This document shows, in pieces, positions 10,717 to 21,660 of a DNA stretch of 64,000 nt (its first letter is position 1; each line of letters starts with the position of its first letter). A program made the position numbers and the translations under genes. The stretch covers positions 65,157 to 129,156 of the IMG/VR virus record IMGVR_UViG_3300029288_007050; one strand, given 5' to 3'. Below the pieces are notes generated by a model, which was given only the letters and a program-made list of their open reading frames with translations, was not told where the DNA came from and searched no databases. This DNA comes from a virus. Its lineage: Duplodnaviria > Caudoviricetes.

Positions 10717-11752
10717 TTTTTAAACTATTTATTATCTCGACTATTTTTTCTGAAGTCTTCCCATCACCGAATGGATTTCGATCGACGTTGACTTCCTTCG
10801 TTGCGAATTCTTTGATTCTATTTACAATATAGTCCTTTTCCATCTTTTCTACAAGAATACCATAACCACTTTCAATAATTTCTTGTCGTTCAGTAGTCTT
10901 TCTCAATACTACGATCTTTTTTCCAAAAGAAGGAGCTTCTTCCTGAACTCCACCAGAATCAGTAATGACATATTCACAATCACGTAAATACCATAAAAAG
11001 TCAACATAATTCATTGGTTTAACTACTTCTAAACCTATCTTCTTAATAGCTTCTTGTACGTTTGGATTCGGGTGTGCTGGTAATATAACTTTTGTTGTTT
11101 TTGAAATTTCTTTAAGAGCTTCAAAAATATTGAGTATATCTGTTCCAAAGCTTTCTCTTCTATGAACAGTTGCTAAAATATATTTTTCTTTGATCGGTCT
11201 TTCCTTTGGAAGACTCGATCTAATCATCGTTAAAGCATCTATAATCGTATTTCCGACTAAATATATTTTCCCTTTAACGTTTTCTTTTTTAAGATTATCA
11301 ACAGCTCTACTTGTTGGAGCAAACATAATATCCGAAAGGCTATCAATGACAGTTCTAAACATTTCTTCAGGAAATGGGTTGTTTCTATCATACGAACGTA
11401 GACCAGCTTCATTATGAACTAGAGGTATCCTATTCATATACGCAACTAAAGCTCCAGCTAAACAAGAAGCAGTATCACCGTGTACCCAAATTCTACTAAA
11501 TTCATTTTCTTTAAAAACTCCATCTAATGCAGTCATGCATTTTGATGTGAATTCGGGTAATGTTTGGTTTTCAGTCATCAGTTTTAAATCTATGTCTGGG
11601 ACGATGTCAAATATTTTATACATCTCGTCTGCTAGTTCTCTATGTTGTCCAGTATGAATGACAAACGCGTCCATCTTTTTGATAAGTGGTGCTAGTTTGA
11701 TAACAGTGGGTCTAGCTCCAAGTATAAAACATTCTTTTTTATTTTTTGTCAT
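10703..11752 (-). CDS. wecB: UDP-N-acetylglucosamine 2-epimerase (non-hydrolysing)
   Basis: GARP..IKLAP, HTGQH, VHGDT, HNEAGLRS, PFPEE, TDSGGVQEEAP. Confidence 0.93.
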   Translation of the reverse strand: MTKNKKECFILGARPTVIKLAPLIKKMDAFVIHTGQHRELADEMYKIFDIVPDIDLKLMTENQTLPEFTSKCMTALDGVFKENEFSRIWVHGDTASCLAGALVAYMNRIPLVHNEAGLRSYDRNNPFPEEMFRTVIDSLSDIMFAPTSRAVDNLKKENVKGKIYLVGNTIIDALTMIRSSLPKERPIKEKYILATVHRRESFGTDILNIFEALKEISKTTKVILPAHPNPNVQEAIKKIGLEVVKPMNYVDFLWYLRDCEYVITDSGGVQEEAPSFGKKIVVLRKTTERQEIIESGYGILVEKMEKDYIVNRIKEFATKEVNVDRNPFGDGKTSEKIVEIINSLKNEKI

Positions 11753-13122
11753 GATAAATGTGTTTTATCATATTTGAAATGCTCGAAAACATTAGAAATA
11801 AAACCTCCTGGTTCAAATCCATGTTTCTTTTTAAAATATTCTCTTCCTATTTTTCTTCTTTCGCCTCTTGAGTCTGGTGCGTTTGGATCAGTCGAAGAAA
11901 TAGACGCAAAATGACGACATAAAACATTATTTGTCCAGCGCCAACTATATCCTTTCATCAACATTCGATAAATAATGTCATTATCTTGTCCACCACCGAC
12001 ACCGAATTCTTCATCAAAATAATCAACTTCTTTCATAACTTTAGCACTGAACATCATGACGCCGCCACCCCACGTATATCGTGAAAAATTGCATACTCCA
12101 CTCGGTTTATCAATAAAACCACCTTCTGTTTTTGGCATTTGTTTGACGTCATATTGATTTCTATCATTCGGTTTTCCAAAAGTATAAGAAGGAACGATGA
12201 AACAAAGATCGTCTATCCAATCATTTAAAAGAACTTCAAATAAGTTTTCTGGTACTAGATAATCAGAATCGAGTTTAACTAAAAATTCGCTTTTACTATT
12301 TTTCATTCCTCTGTTCAAAGAATAAGAGACACCGAATGTTTTTTCATTTCTTAAGTATACGTCTGCTATATTTTCAAAAAACTTCGAACCAACTAACGAA
12401 TTATCGTCAACGATAACCCATTCAGCATTGACTTTGTCGACTGCTTTTCTGATTGAATGAAAACATTTTTCAATAGTGTTAAAAACATTTTCACTTGGGC
12501 ATAACACTGGTGTGACTACTGTTATTCGTCTCTTCTTTTTTGCTAGAAATAAGATATTATTTCCATCATTGATCGTTTTGCTTTCGACAAATGGAAAACC
12601 TGAATCGTAAAACATTTCTTCTAAGTCTTTTTTCTCAAAATACCAAAGATGTGATCTATGTTGAATCTTCACATCATTAGGTACTGTCATAATAATCTGT
12701 CCATCTTCTTTAATCATTTCATATAATTTTTTTACGAAGAGAGCTGGTTTCTCTAAATGTTCTAGTATTTGCATTGCGACTATAGTATCATATTTATCAT
12801 TAGGAAGATTCAAATTTTGACAATCTGCTAATATCCATTCGTATTCTGGAAAAAGATTTTTTGCTTTTTCTATCGCTGCTGGAGAAAAATCTAAACCACT
12901 ATAGCTTTTGAATTCTATTTTATTTTCTAACATGTATTTCAAAAAGTCTCCAAAATTACTTCCTAGATCGAGTATGTTAGAATTTTTAGATACGTGTTTC
13001 AAAACCTCTAAATATCTTGGTAGTCCAGATCTTCTGACGTTAGATTCGTATCCTTTTTTAGTTGTATTATATTCGTCCCAATATTCTGGAGAATTTATAT
13101 TTATTTCGTTAGCTCTTTTCAT
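11749..13122 (-). CDS. Class I SAM methyltransferase-GT2 fusion
   Basis: ILDLGSNFG and ILEHL in the N-half; IVDDNS, KLDSD and GGQDND in the C-half. Confidence 0.85.
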   Translation of the reverse strand: MKRANEININSPEYWDEYNTTKKGYESNVRRSGLPRYLEVLKHVSKNSNILDLGSNFGDFLKYMLENKIEFKSYSGLDFSPAAIEKAKNLFPEYEWILADCQNLNLPNDKYDTIVAMQILEHLEKPALFVKKLYEMIKEDGQIIMTVPNDVKIQHRSHLWYFEKKDLEEMFYDSGFPFVESKTINDGNNILFLAKKKRRITVVTPVLCPSENVFNTIEKCFHSIRKAVDKVNAEWVIVDDNSLVGSKFFENIADVYLRNEKTFGVSYSLNRGMKNSKSEFLVKLDSDYLVPENLFEVLLNDWIDDLCFIVPSYTFGKPNDRNQYDVKQMPKTEGGFIDKPSGVCNFSRYTWGGGVMMFSAKVMKEVDYFDEEFGVGGGQDNDIIYRMLMKGYSWRWTNNVLCRHFASISSTDPNAPDSRGERRKIGREYFKKKHGFEPGGFISNVFEHFKYDKTHLS

Positions 13123-13124
13123 TT

Positions 13125-13733
13125 TTAGAAGTATGTTTTAAAATTAATTATTGCTTTTCCTACTATGTTTCTATTGTTTGAACACGTCAAAAGAACTTGA
13201 ACATTACTGCTTATATTATGCAATAGATCAAATATACTCGATGGTGTAAAAGACCAGACATGTGCATTGTCTTTAATTCTTTCTTCGTTCGGTACTGTTA
13301 ATATAATCATACCATTTTTTCTACATATCCGTTTTGCTTCTTCTAATGCTTTGACTGGAAAATCTATATGTTCCAATATTTCCATCAATAACACTACGTC
13401 GAATGTCTCATTTTCGAAAGGTAGCATATAACAATTAGAAACTATCCACTTTTGTTCTGGAAATCTATTATTTGCTCTTTTGATTAACTTTTCAGAAAAA
13501 TCTACACCAGTAAAAGACTTTACAGAAAAATTGTTTTCTTTAAGAAAATTATAAAAATTACCATTTAGACAACCTATATCAACAATATCTAGATTTTTTG
13601 ATAACATATCTCTTACTGTCGAAAATTTGCATCTGTTTCCGCCTCTTTTCCTATCAGACTCTTGATATGCATCATTTGAAAAGCCATCCCAGTATTCTTT
13701 TGTATTTATGTTTATGTCTTTAATTCTTTTCAT
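13125..13733 (-). CDS. Class I SAM methyltransferase
   Basis: IVDIGCLNG, GVDFS, FDVVLLMEILEH. Confidence 0.85.
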   Translation of the reverse strand: MKRIKDININTKEYWDGFSNDAYQESDRKRGGNRCKFSTVRDMLSKNLDIVDIGCLNGNFYNFLKENNFSVKSFTGVDFSEKLIKRANNRFPEQKWIVSNCYMLPFENETFDVVLLMEILEHIDFPVKALEEAKRICRKNGMIILTVPNEERIKDNAHVWSFTPSSIFDLLHNISSNVQVLLTCSNNRNIVGKAIINFKTYF

Positions 13734-14467
13734 ATTTTTGAATATGTGTTTTCGTCGATGCCAAAATCTTTTAAAATAGTCGAGTGTTCTTCTAATGGAA
13801 CTGTTCGAAAAGTATGTTCTGTGCGCTCAGTATATCTAGATCTATTATTCTGGCCATGAAAAAGAACTATGTATTTGCCGTCTGAAAGAATAACCGAATT
13901 CATAGCAGAGATTACCGTATCATGACCTCCTGTAGACGAACGATATTTCGCAGCACTTTCTAAATCCAAGTAAATGTCGTAAGGATACATAATCGTATGA
14001 AAGGGCGGACAAGGCATTCGATGATGTCTCATCTTCTTATTCACACAATCATAACAAAAACCTTCTTGATATATCAAAGCGCGTCTGGGTGAAAACTCAT
14101 AAGATTGTATTTCTTTTACTGCATCTTTATGAAATAAATCATCAGAATCAATTCTTGTCGCGTAGATATAATCAACTTTTGGTAAGTTATTCGCTATCTT
14201 TTCACGCAAGTCGTTAACGACATCATAATATATTATAAAAGAACGCAAACCAGATCTTTCTAAAATCTTATTTAATTTTGGTAATAAACTTTCTGGAAAA
14301 CATTTTCTAAGATACATCACATAGTAAAAATCTTTGTTAGTCTGGTTTTCTAAGCTTTTCAAAGTGAAGTTTTCTAATATTTTTAGACGATGCTCGAACC
14401 AATCTGTGTCATGTCCGAAAACTTTTCTAGAAAAGTCACTATGAATAATATGGACGAAATTTTTCAT
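13730..14467 (-). CDS. Putative rhamnosyltransferase-like glycosyltransferase
   Basis: WFEHRL..FTLKSLENQT, ATRIDSDD. Confidence 0.7.
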   Translation of the reverse strand: MKNFVHIIHSDFSRKVFGHDTDWFEHRLKILENFTLKSLENQTNKDFYYVMYLRKCFPESLLPKLNKILERSGLRSFIIYYDVVNDLREKIANNLPKVDYIYATRIDSDDLFHKDAVKEIQSYEFSPRRALIYQEGFCYDCVNKKMRHHRMPCPPFHTIMYPYDIYLDLESAAKYRSSTGGHDTVISAMNSVILSDGKYIVLFHGQNNRSRYTERTEHTFRTVPLEEHSTILKDFGIDENTYSKI

Positions 14468-15018
14468 ATTACTTCTGACACGAATTTGAATTTGTTATTA
14501 TTTTTCAAAACGTATTCTTCTAATTCTTTAAGATTCTCATTGAAGTTATGACTCTGCAGATGACCATAATATTGCACGTATTCCTTTAATTCTAACAACC
14601 CTTCACCCTTTTTATAATAAACATAATACTTTTTTTCAATATCTACTGGTATAGTCGAAATAGAAGAAACCCAAAAATCTAATTCTTTGCATGCCTCGAT
14701 CAAACTTTGTGTTATTTTCCAACCTGGAGCTTTGAAACCCTTGACAAAGTTATAATTCTTATGGTATTTCAACAAATATTGTTTTGCTTCTTCTTTAGTC
14801 CAGTTTTTAAAACCACCAGAATGATTTTCACAATGATAAGCTAATTCTGTCCAAGTCTGATCAATCTTTCTTAAAAAAGCTTCAGAACATTGTCCAGGAT
14901 TAACAAAAAACGTAACTTTAAAATTTGGTATTCGTTTCTGGAATTCAACAAAAGTATCCCAATTATCATTGCCTTCCCATAAATCGTCGTAAGAAACAAC
15001 TATATATTTTTCGGACAT
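14464..15018 (-). CDS. Polysaccharide deacetylase-like protein
   Basis: VSYDD, TFFV, ELAYHCENH, GFKAPGW (NodB-like motifs). Confidence 0.7.
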   Translation of the reverse strand: MSEKYIVVSYDDLWEGNDNWDTFVEFQKRIPNFKVTFFVNPGQCSEAFLRKIDQTWTELAYHCENHSGGFKNWTKEEAKQYLLKYHKNYNFVKGFKAPGWKITQSLIEACKELDFWVSSISTIPVDIEKKYYVYYKKGEGLLELKEYVQYYGHLQSHNFNENLKELEEYVLKNNNKFKFVSEVI

Positions 15019-15020
15019 GT

Positions 15021-15890
15021 TTACATCTCGTTTAATTTCTCTTTAATCGTTATATTACTGGGAACCCAATTCAGAAGTTTTTTTGCTTTTGAATTATCTC
15101 CCAGTGTATGCAAAACGTCTCCAAGTCTCGGTGGTAAATATTTTCTTTCACCCCCGATCATTTCTGCTATCTCGTTAATAGAAGTGCCCTTACAGTTTGC
15201 AATATTTATAATTTCGTTATGTATAGAACAATTCATCGCTTTGATACATGCATCAACGACAGAAGAAACATGTGTAAAGTCACGCGTTTGATTACCGTCA
15301 CCAAATATTGTCAACGGCTTTCCTTCTCTTTTCATCTTTAAAAATTTCCCAATAACTAATGAGTACTCAGAATCGTTTCGACAGCGCGAGCCGTATACAT
15401 TAAAAAAACGCAAACTTATGGTTGGTACGTCATACAACTCATCATAGAGTTTCATATATTCTTCACCTATTCGTTTTTGAAGAGAATAAGGAGATTTTGG
15501 ATTAGCTTGCATGTCTTCTTTAAAAGGTAGAAGCTGGTCTCCATAAACAGACGACGACGAAGCGAATATGATTTTTTTAATTTTATTTTTTCTGCAATGT
15601 TCTAATATATTCAATGTACCGTCGACGTTATTGTAATGCGTTTCTTTCGGGTATTCGACAGAATATTGAACTCTGGGAACTGCTGCTAAATGAAAGACAT
15701 ACTCAAAATCAAATTCTGCCATGTCGTCACGTATGTCTTTTTTTAGAAAAAGCATATTCGGATTGACGTTCTCTTCGACACCACTACTTAGATTATCTAT
15801 TCCCGTAACCGTATGTCCAAGTGTCACCAGACCATCAACAAGATGAGAACCAATGAAACCAGCACTACCCGTCACTAATACTTTTGACAT
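15021..15890 (-). CDS. NAD-dependent nucleotide-sugar epimerase/dehydratase
   Basis: VTGSAGFIGS, SSSSVYG, YSLQK (YxxxK), RFFNVYG, QTRDF. Confidence 0.92.
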   Translation of the reverse strand: MSKVLVTGSAGFIGSHLVDGLVTLGHTVTGIDNLSSGVEENVNPNMLFLKKDIRDDMAEFDFEYVFHLAAVPRVQYSVEYPKETHYNNVDGTLNILEHCRKNKIKKIIFASSSSVYGDQLLPFKEDMQANPKSPYSLQKRIGEEYMKLYDELYDVPTISLRFFNVYGSRCRNDSEYSLVIGKFLKMKREGKPLTIFGDGNQTRDFTHVSSVVDACIKAMNCSIHNEIINIANCKGTSINEIAEMIGGERKYLPPRLGDVLHTLGDNSKAKKLLNWVPSNITIKEKLNEM

Positions 15891-15894
15891 TTTT

Positions 15895-16554
15895 TTATTT
15901 CTTCTTTTGAATTATAATACCTAAAGACGTCCGATCTTTATAATTTCGACTATACAAATTTGGTAAACCCGCTTTTACGCTTTGAAGATTCTTTTTACTA
16001 TACAAATCTTCTTCATTGAGATCGATTTCGCCTATTTCATATTCATTTAATATTTCTAAAATTTTCGGTATATCAGCTTTTTTGCAATTTCGTGTGTTAT
16101 CTAAAAATAAATCAAGTGTCATTGCTAAATAACCATTTGGTTTAACAAGATCTTTTATATTACTAATTGCATCAACATAGTTTTCGATATGTTCCAAGAC
16201 ACTAATGCATAACACGACGTCGTACTTGTTATCAGATTTATAATTTGATGCATCCATTTTCAAAAACTCAACGTTCTCTGGCATTGGTTTAAACATGCGT
16301 TCTGAGTAAAGATCACCCACGTAAACCTTTTTTACTCTTTTCGCAATAATCGCGGGAAAGTGACATGTTCCACCACCGACGTCTAATACTATGTCAGATT
16401 CTTTCAATGGAAGATTTCTTAAAATCCAAGGATACTCCCATTGTCTAGACCAGTCATAGAAATATCCAACTTTTTCGTGATACTTCGATATTTCGTAATG
16501 CATACGTTGAAATTCTATGTCTTTCAAATGTCTTAGTTTTGCATACGTTATCAT
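15895..16554 (-). CDS. Class I SAM methyltransferase
   Basis: VLDVGGG, YDVVLCISVLEH. Confidence 0.85.
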   Translation of the reverse strand: MITYAKLRHLKDIEFQRMHYEISKYHEKVGYFYDWSRQWEYPWILRNLPLKESDIVLDVGGGTCHFPAIIAKRVKKVYVGDLYSERMFKPMPENVEFLKMDASNYKSDNKYDVVLCISVLEHIENYVDAISNIKDLVKPNGYLAMTLDLFLDNTRNCKKADIPKILEILNEYEIGEIDLNEEDLYSKKNLQSVKAGLPNLYSRNYKDRTSLGIIIQKKK

Positions 16555-17144
16555 ATCTTTTTAACAATTATAAGCATATTCTTTAAATTCGTACTATATC
16601 TCATAAAAACGATCGGCGCCCATTTTTTAAATACTTCAAAATACTCGATCATATCTTTAAATAAAAATGAGTGTATGTGTTCTTTGCCGCCACTAACTTG
16701 ATTATTGTATGGTGTAGATAGAAACAATATTCCACCTTTTTTTAAAGTCTTATACATTTCTTCAACAAAAAGTAAAGGTTCGTCAAGATGTTCGATAGTT
16801 TCGAAACACACGATATATTCTACATCTGTAAACATTTCTGAAGACTGCATGACATCTTTGACGAAAAAAGCACATTCTGGACATGTCTTTTTTGCGTATT
16901 CAATTGCCTTGACTGAAAAATCTATACCTGATATGCCACATTTATTTTTCTTTGAATGCAAGAATTTGACGAATTCACCAGTTCCGCATCCAACGTCAAG
17001 AACTCTCGCACCATCCGGAATCATATTAGAGACTTTCTCAAATCTTTCTGGCTCAATTCTTATTTTATTTTTTGCAAGCTCTGTCTCGTAGACTTTATTC
17101 CAATGCTCTATAGTGTTGATATTTTCTTTAAATATTCTTGTCAT
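16551..17144 (-). CDS. Class I SAM methyltransferase
   Basis: VLDVGCGTG, GIDFS, ETIEHL. Confidence 0.88.
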   Translation of the reverse strand: MTRIFKENINTIEHWNKVYETELAKNKIRIEPERFEKVSNMIPDGARVLDVGCGTGEFVKFLHSKKNKCGISGIDFSVKAIEYAKKTCPECAFFVKDVMQSSEMFTDVEYIVCFETIEHLDEPLLFVEEMYKTLKKGGILFLSTPYNNQVSGGKEHIHSFLFKDMIEYFEVFKKWAPIVFMRYSTNLKNMLIIVKKI

Positions 17145-17148
17145 TTTT

Positions 17149-17859
17149 TTAATATAATAAATTGATTGATTTAATATATCTTCCCAAAATTTCTTCGGGT
17201 ATGCTCGTTGTCTGAACTATTTTGAAATCTTTATAGTCATCGCCTGGTTGCCAATTTAACCAATATTTTTGGAGCCACTTCTCAGACATGACTGAGTATT
17301 CTCTTGTTTTTATCTTTTCTAACATTTCTTCAGTAGTCTTCTCGAAACTAAAATGATGCATCTCAATTTCATGCGGGAAACAGTCTACTATTTTATCTTT
17401 TGGTGTACGTTTACCAGAAAATCTACTGTTTGATTTCATATAACTAAGACATGAACAATGTTGAAAATAGTATTTCCAAGATTTCCAATAAACTTTATCA
17501 TTTTTATTTCTGCATGTCTTCATCGGATGCTCTTCCACATATTTCATCATTTTGTAAATGTTTTCTTTTGTATAATACTCGTCAGTGTCTATGATAAAGA
17601 CGTGTTTGAATCCTTTCTTTTCTAAATATTCCATTCCAAAATTTCTTTCTTCACCCTCGTTTTGAAAATCTTGATAAATGACTTCTGCTCCCAGTCGTTC
17701 TGCGATTTCTCCAGTCTTATCAAACGAAAGATGAGTGCCTCTCCAAGGTTTGCTAATGATTACTAAATTGTGCAAATCTTCGACACCTTTAATCATACCT
17801 CCTATCATTTTTTCGTCATTATACGCTACAGTACAAGTAGCAAAATCTTTTATGTTCAT
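17149..17859 (-). CDS. GT2-like glycosyltransferase
   Basis: VAYNDEK, ERNFG, IIDTDE. Confidence 0.7.
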   Translation of the reverse strand: MNIKDFATCTVAYNDEKMIGGMIKGVEDLHNLVIISKPWRGTHLSFDKTGEIAERLGAEVIYQDFQNEGEERNFGMEYLEKKGFKHVFIIDTDEYYTKENIYKMMKYVEEHPMKTCRNKNDKVYWKSWKYYFQHCSCLSYMKSNSRFSGKRTPKDKIVDCFPHEIEMHHFSFEKTTEEMLEKIKTREYSVMSEKWLQKYWLNWQPGDDYKDFKIVQTTSIPEEILGRYIKSINLLY

Positions 17860-18533
17860 GATAAAAACCCTCTTTTGTTATTGCCTTTATAATGTCTGAT
17901 CTTTGCCATCGAAAAATCTGTATAATAATTGTTATAAACTTCAGTAGACAATAATTTAACTTTTAAGTCATCCTTTTCGACCACTTGATTCATTTTCGTT
18001 AAATCTATGAACTTACGGACAATATTATTAAAAGAAGACTGGTCAGTAAAACATTTCTTTGTTTCTTCAATCCATGAATCGATGAATTTCATCGTCGCTT
18101 CTGTTTTTCTAAATATTATCACTCCAGTATTGACAGCGCCCATGAATTCATGATTTATGAATCTTTCGACTTCTTCGGGTTTCCGAACAGTAATTGCTAT
18201 GTCGTAATTATTAGTGTCTAACTCATCTATTAAATGAAGAAGTAAAGCATCTGCGTCTAAATAGACGACGATAGAATTGTTCTCGACATGTTCTAAACAA
18301 TCTTTAATCATTGTCGGTTTAAAATGACAACCTAACGGTATTGTATTATTTTCAGTTCGTTCGAAATCGACTGGTTCGACTTCCATCTTTTTACCAATTT
18401 CTAGACCACCTAAATCGTACACTATGGGTTCGTAACCAAATTGTTCTATCTTTTGGATAGACATATTGATCATCTTTTTGAATTTTTCATTACCGCCTGT
18501 AAGTATCTTAAGCATTTTCGTTGAATATAACAC
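17856..18533 (-). CDS. Nucleotide-diphospho-sugar transferase (GT-A)
   Basis: VYDLG, FKP, VYLDADA, NTGVI, TDQ. Confidence 0.75.
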   Translation of the reverse strand: MLYSTKMLKILTGGNEKFKKMINMSIQKIEQFGYEPIVYDLGGLEIGKKMEVEPVDFERTENNTIPLGCHFKPTMIKDCLEHVENNSIVVYLDADALLLHLIDELDTNNYDIAITVRKPEEVERFINHEFMGAVNTGVIIFRKTEATMKFIDSWIEETKKCFTDQSSFNNIVRKFIDLTKMNQVVEKDDLKVKLLSTEVYNNYYTDFSMAKIRHYKGNNKRGFLS

Positions 18534-19236
18534 AAAGAGTCGAAGAATAACTTTTCATCTTTCGTTCTCCGCGCATATATGGGTATCGACCAATTTTAGC
18601 ATGTTCAACCCAGCATTTTTCATCTAGATCTCTAAATTTCTCTACATATTCTTCATCGTCTGTAAAAAAAGTATTTTTAAATGTTTTTTCGACAACTTCT
18701 CTTAAGGGTGAATCTTTGTGATAATCATGCAAAAAAACAGCTTTAGTGTTATTTTTCTTGAGAATCTCTGTCGTTAAACGAATAGCTTCAGTACCCTTTG
18801 GTCCATCAACTAAAACAAAAGTATTTTTATCGTTTTCCAACTTTTGTATTAACGTCTTTTTTGAATCGCCATAAAGTATCTCTAAATTCGGGTATCTTTG
18901 TAGTCTTTTGATTGCTATAATATCGTCTTCTGTTTCAGGCATTATTTCGATACTATGTATTCTAATGTTATAATTTTTAAAAAATTCTGATAGTACCTTT
19001 GTGCTCTGCCCTCTAGCTCTACCACTTTCCCATATTTCTTCTATATCGAACTTTTTTGCTAAAGAAACAAATAACAACATTTCACTATTAAATATGCCTT
19101 TGTCTTCAAATTTTATATTATCGATCGTCCTCAGAAATTCATTCTTAGTCTCTTCACATATTTTGATAATTTCGTTTTTATTCATTTCTCTTAAGACATT
19201 TGAAATAAAACTGTTTTGTCTCGAACTCACTCTCAA
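18508..19236 (-). CDS. Class I methyltransferase-like protein
   Basis: IWESGRARGQST, GDS, VDGPK, FLHD. Confidence 0.6.
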   Translation of the reverse strand: MRVSSRQNSFISNVLREMNKNEIIKICEETKNEFLRTIDNIKFEDKGIFNSEMLLFVSLAKKFDIEEIWESGRARGQSTKVLSEFFKNYNIRIHSIEIMPETEDDIIAIKRLQRYPNLEILYGDSKKTLIQKLENDKNTFVLVDGPKGTEAIRLTTEILKKNNTKAVFLHDYHKDSPLREVVEKTFKNTFFTDDEEYVEKFRDLDEKCWVEHAKIGRYPYMRGERKMKSYSSTLCVIFNENA

Positions 19237-19828
19237 TTTGATCTGGATAAATTCGACATATTTCTGTCACTTTCCAATCTTTTAATAAATCTATGAATTC
19301 TGGTATCGTCCTATAGCAAGCTGCATAATTACTTTTTAACTTTTTTGAATAGGTTCTCACATTCTCTCTTTTGTTTTTTAAAGTTAAAGGATCTCGTATG
19401 TATAAAACATCAGAATTTATTTTTTTCAAAAACTTCTCAATCACCTCGTCTTCGAAAATACAATAAGAAACACCCGTCATTAACGTCACATCAGTCTTTG
19501 GAAGATTCCTTAATGAATAAATGTCATATTCTTTTTTAACTGTGTTGTTCGGGACAAAACGTAACAGATTTTTAGAAATATCGTAAGCATAATATCTTTC
19601 AATCTTTGTCAATTCCATCAAGCATCTAATAAGAGAACCATCTCCGCATCCTAAATCTAATATAGTCTTTGTATTTTTAAGACGTGGTACTAGATAATTC
19701 AATTCATACAGTCTTCTTTCTTTTATAGTACCATATTCTGGATATTTCTTTTGTTTTTTCCAAAATTCTTTAGGTTCCATTTCTAATTTGTCTAGCTGAA
19801 ATTTCAGACGACCTTTTGACAAACTCAT
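19178..19828 (-). CDS. Class I SAM methyltransferase
   Basis: ILDLGCGDG, YDIS; true start probably MEPK at 19780. Confidence 0.8.
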   Translation of the reverse strand: MSLSKGRLKFQLDKLEMEPKEFWKKQKKYPEYGTIKERRLYELNYLVPRLKNTKTILDLGCGDGSLIRCLMELTKIERYYAYDISKNLLRFVPNNTVKKEYDIYSLRNLPKTDVTLMTGVSYCIFEDEVIEKFLKKINSDVLYIRDPLTLKNKRENVRTYSKKLKSNYAACYRTIPEFIDLLKDWKVTEICRIYPDQIESEFETKQFYFKCLKRNE

Positions 19829-20198
19829 GTCTGATTTTCATTTTCTTCGCCCACTTTATAACTTCAAGATTTCCAGACAACAATACGTCAAACTTTGGCA
19901 AACCAGACAAATCTTTCTTTTCGACTAACTTTCCCTTTAGTTCGATTATTTTTATTCCGTATTCTTCTAATTCCATAAGAGTCTTCAGAATAACTTTTTT
20001 TGAGAAAGAATTTTTTGGTCTATCTTCAGTCAAACCAACTATAATATTATATTTTTTAGATAATCTCATTATAGTTAAAAAATGGCCCATGTGAGGAGGA
20101 TTAAACTTTCCAGGAAAGAAACCTATCTTTCTAGAATCGATTTGTTTTTTCAATTTTGAGTATTTAGAAACGTCTACCCATCTAAAAATATTTTCCAT
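19770..20198 (-). CDS. Cytidylyltransferase-like (HxGH) nucleotidyltransferase
   Basis: PGKFNPPHMGH, ISARQIR. Confidence 0.8.
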   Translation of the reverse strand: MENIFRWVDVSKYSKLKKQIDSRKIGFFPGKFNPPHMGHFLTIMRLSKKYNIIVGLTEDRPKNSFSKKVILKTLMELEEYGIKIIELKGKLVEKKDLSGLPKFDVLLSGNLEVIKWAKKMKIRHEFVKRSSEISARQIRNGT

Positions 20199-20785
20199 AA
20201 TTTTTCTTTTGTTTTATATTCACTTCTACCAAAAAAACTTTTGTCGGGTATCCTCCAATTTTCTCCATAGACGTAGTTTAAAAAATCTTCACTTTTCTTT
20301 GGTATATTTACTTCTATATCATAAAAAGAATGTTTAGTTGTTTTCGAAATTAATTCGTCTGGACAATGAAATATGCGCGGAGCACCACCCGCACCAGAAT
20401 ATCTATGTCCGTTTTTACCTTTACATAGAACTTCAAAACAGATTCTAATATTTCTGTCTTTGTAATACATTTGAATTTTGCTTCTTTTACCAAGCATTTC
20501 GTTGCTAACAAGGTTTGCAGATTTTGGATGAGACCAAAAAACGTCAACAAGAGTGACAAAACCTTCTTTTTTAAAAATATCAGCAAATTCTTCTTTCCAA
20601 TCTTCGTACAAAATACCGAAATCCATATCTTTGTCCCACTCTATAAAAGAATTGTTCCTGATACAACCTAAAAGAGTACCGAATAACAGAAAAGAAGTCG
20701 GACAGATAGATTGAATTTTTTGTAAACCTTCTAATGCTAAATCTTTATTCATAGTTTTAGTAAAAAACGCGATGTCAACGCTCAA
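20174..20785 (-). CDS. LicD-family phosphotransferase
   Basis: FGTLLGCIR..FIEWDKDMD, FLNYVYGENWRIP. Confidence 0.85.
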   Translation of the reverse strand: MSVDIAFFTKTMNKDLALEGLQKIQSICPTSFLLFGTLLGCIRNNSFIEWDKDMDFGILYEDWKEEFADIFKKEGFVTLVDVFWSHPKSANLVSNEMLGKRSKIQMYYKDRNIRICFEVLCKGKNGHRYSGAGGAPRIFHCPDELISKTTKHSFYDIEVNIPKKSEDFLNYVYGENWRIPDKSFFGRSEYKTKEKLWKIFLDG

Positions 20786-20914
20786 ATAACTGTATTAACT
20801 AGTTTTTGTAAGTATAGAAGCTCATATATAACATTCTCTAGCGCTCTAGAACGTCATCTAATGCATTTTCTACCAAAACCTGATATAATATACCTTTTGC
20901 GCCTGGTGTTCTTC

Positions 20915-21652
20915 TCAAAATGACGTTATTTTGTGCTTATTATTTTCAAGAATCAGCTTCCAGCCTCTTTTGACGTATTCGTCGAACAATCTGAAACGTT
21001 CTTGATTATGAGATTTGTTTACAATCCATGAAGAAACTGGATCGCAACCATATTTCATTGCTTTTTCTGGATCAGATCCCCAAATTTCTTTATTTGATAC
21101 TGGGTGAGGCGGTACAAAAGTCGGAATTTTTCCAAAAATTTGAGCATTTGCACTAAGTTGAATATCTTCTCCGTTGTTATGCTCGATAATATCATCAAAA
21201 AACATGTATTTTAGATTTTTCTTTTTTAGAAAGATAGCATGACCACCAAAATCGACTTCGATTTCTTCGTTGTTTGGGTTGCTCCACCCTGGTCCATATT
21301 GCCTTTTGTTCACTCTATCTACGATTCTACCGTTAGTGACGCATATACAGTCGTGTTTCGCGATAGTGTTGATGCAATTTTCTGTCCATTTCGGTTGTGG
21401 AATTGTGTCGTCGTCAAAAAATGAAACATATTCTGTATCTGCCAATAACCCAACCACGTATCTCAAATGAAATTTCATATTCGGATTAGCATATACTAAC
21501 TGGACATTATTAGGATAGTTAAAGTCGATTTCTCCTTCGTTATGGACGATGACGATTTTGTCAGATTTGATCGTCTGTTTTGCGATTGCTTCGAGCTGTT
21601 CTTGTAGATACTGTGGTCGACGATATACTTGTAAGATAGTTGTTATTGTCAT
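20915..21652 (-). CDS. GT2 glycosyltransferase
   Basis: YRRPQYL, FFDDDTIP, GEDIQLS. Confidence 0.8.
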   Translation of the reverse strand: MTITTILQVYRRPQYLQEQLEAIAKQTIKSDKIVIVHNEGEIDFNYPNNVQLVYANPNMKFHLRYVVGLLADTEYVSFFDDDTIPQPKWTENCINTIAKHDCICVTNGRIVDRVNKRQYGPGWSNPNNEEIEVDFGGHAIFLKKKNLKYMFFDDIIEHNNGEDIQLSANAQIFGKIPTFVPPHPVSNKEIWGSDPEKAMKYGCDPVSSWIVNKSHNQERFRLFDEYVKRGWKLILENNKHKITSF

Positions 21653-21660
21653 AATTTTAT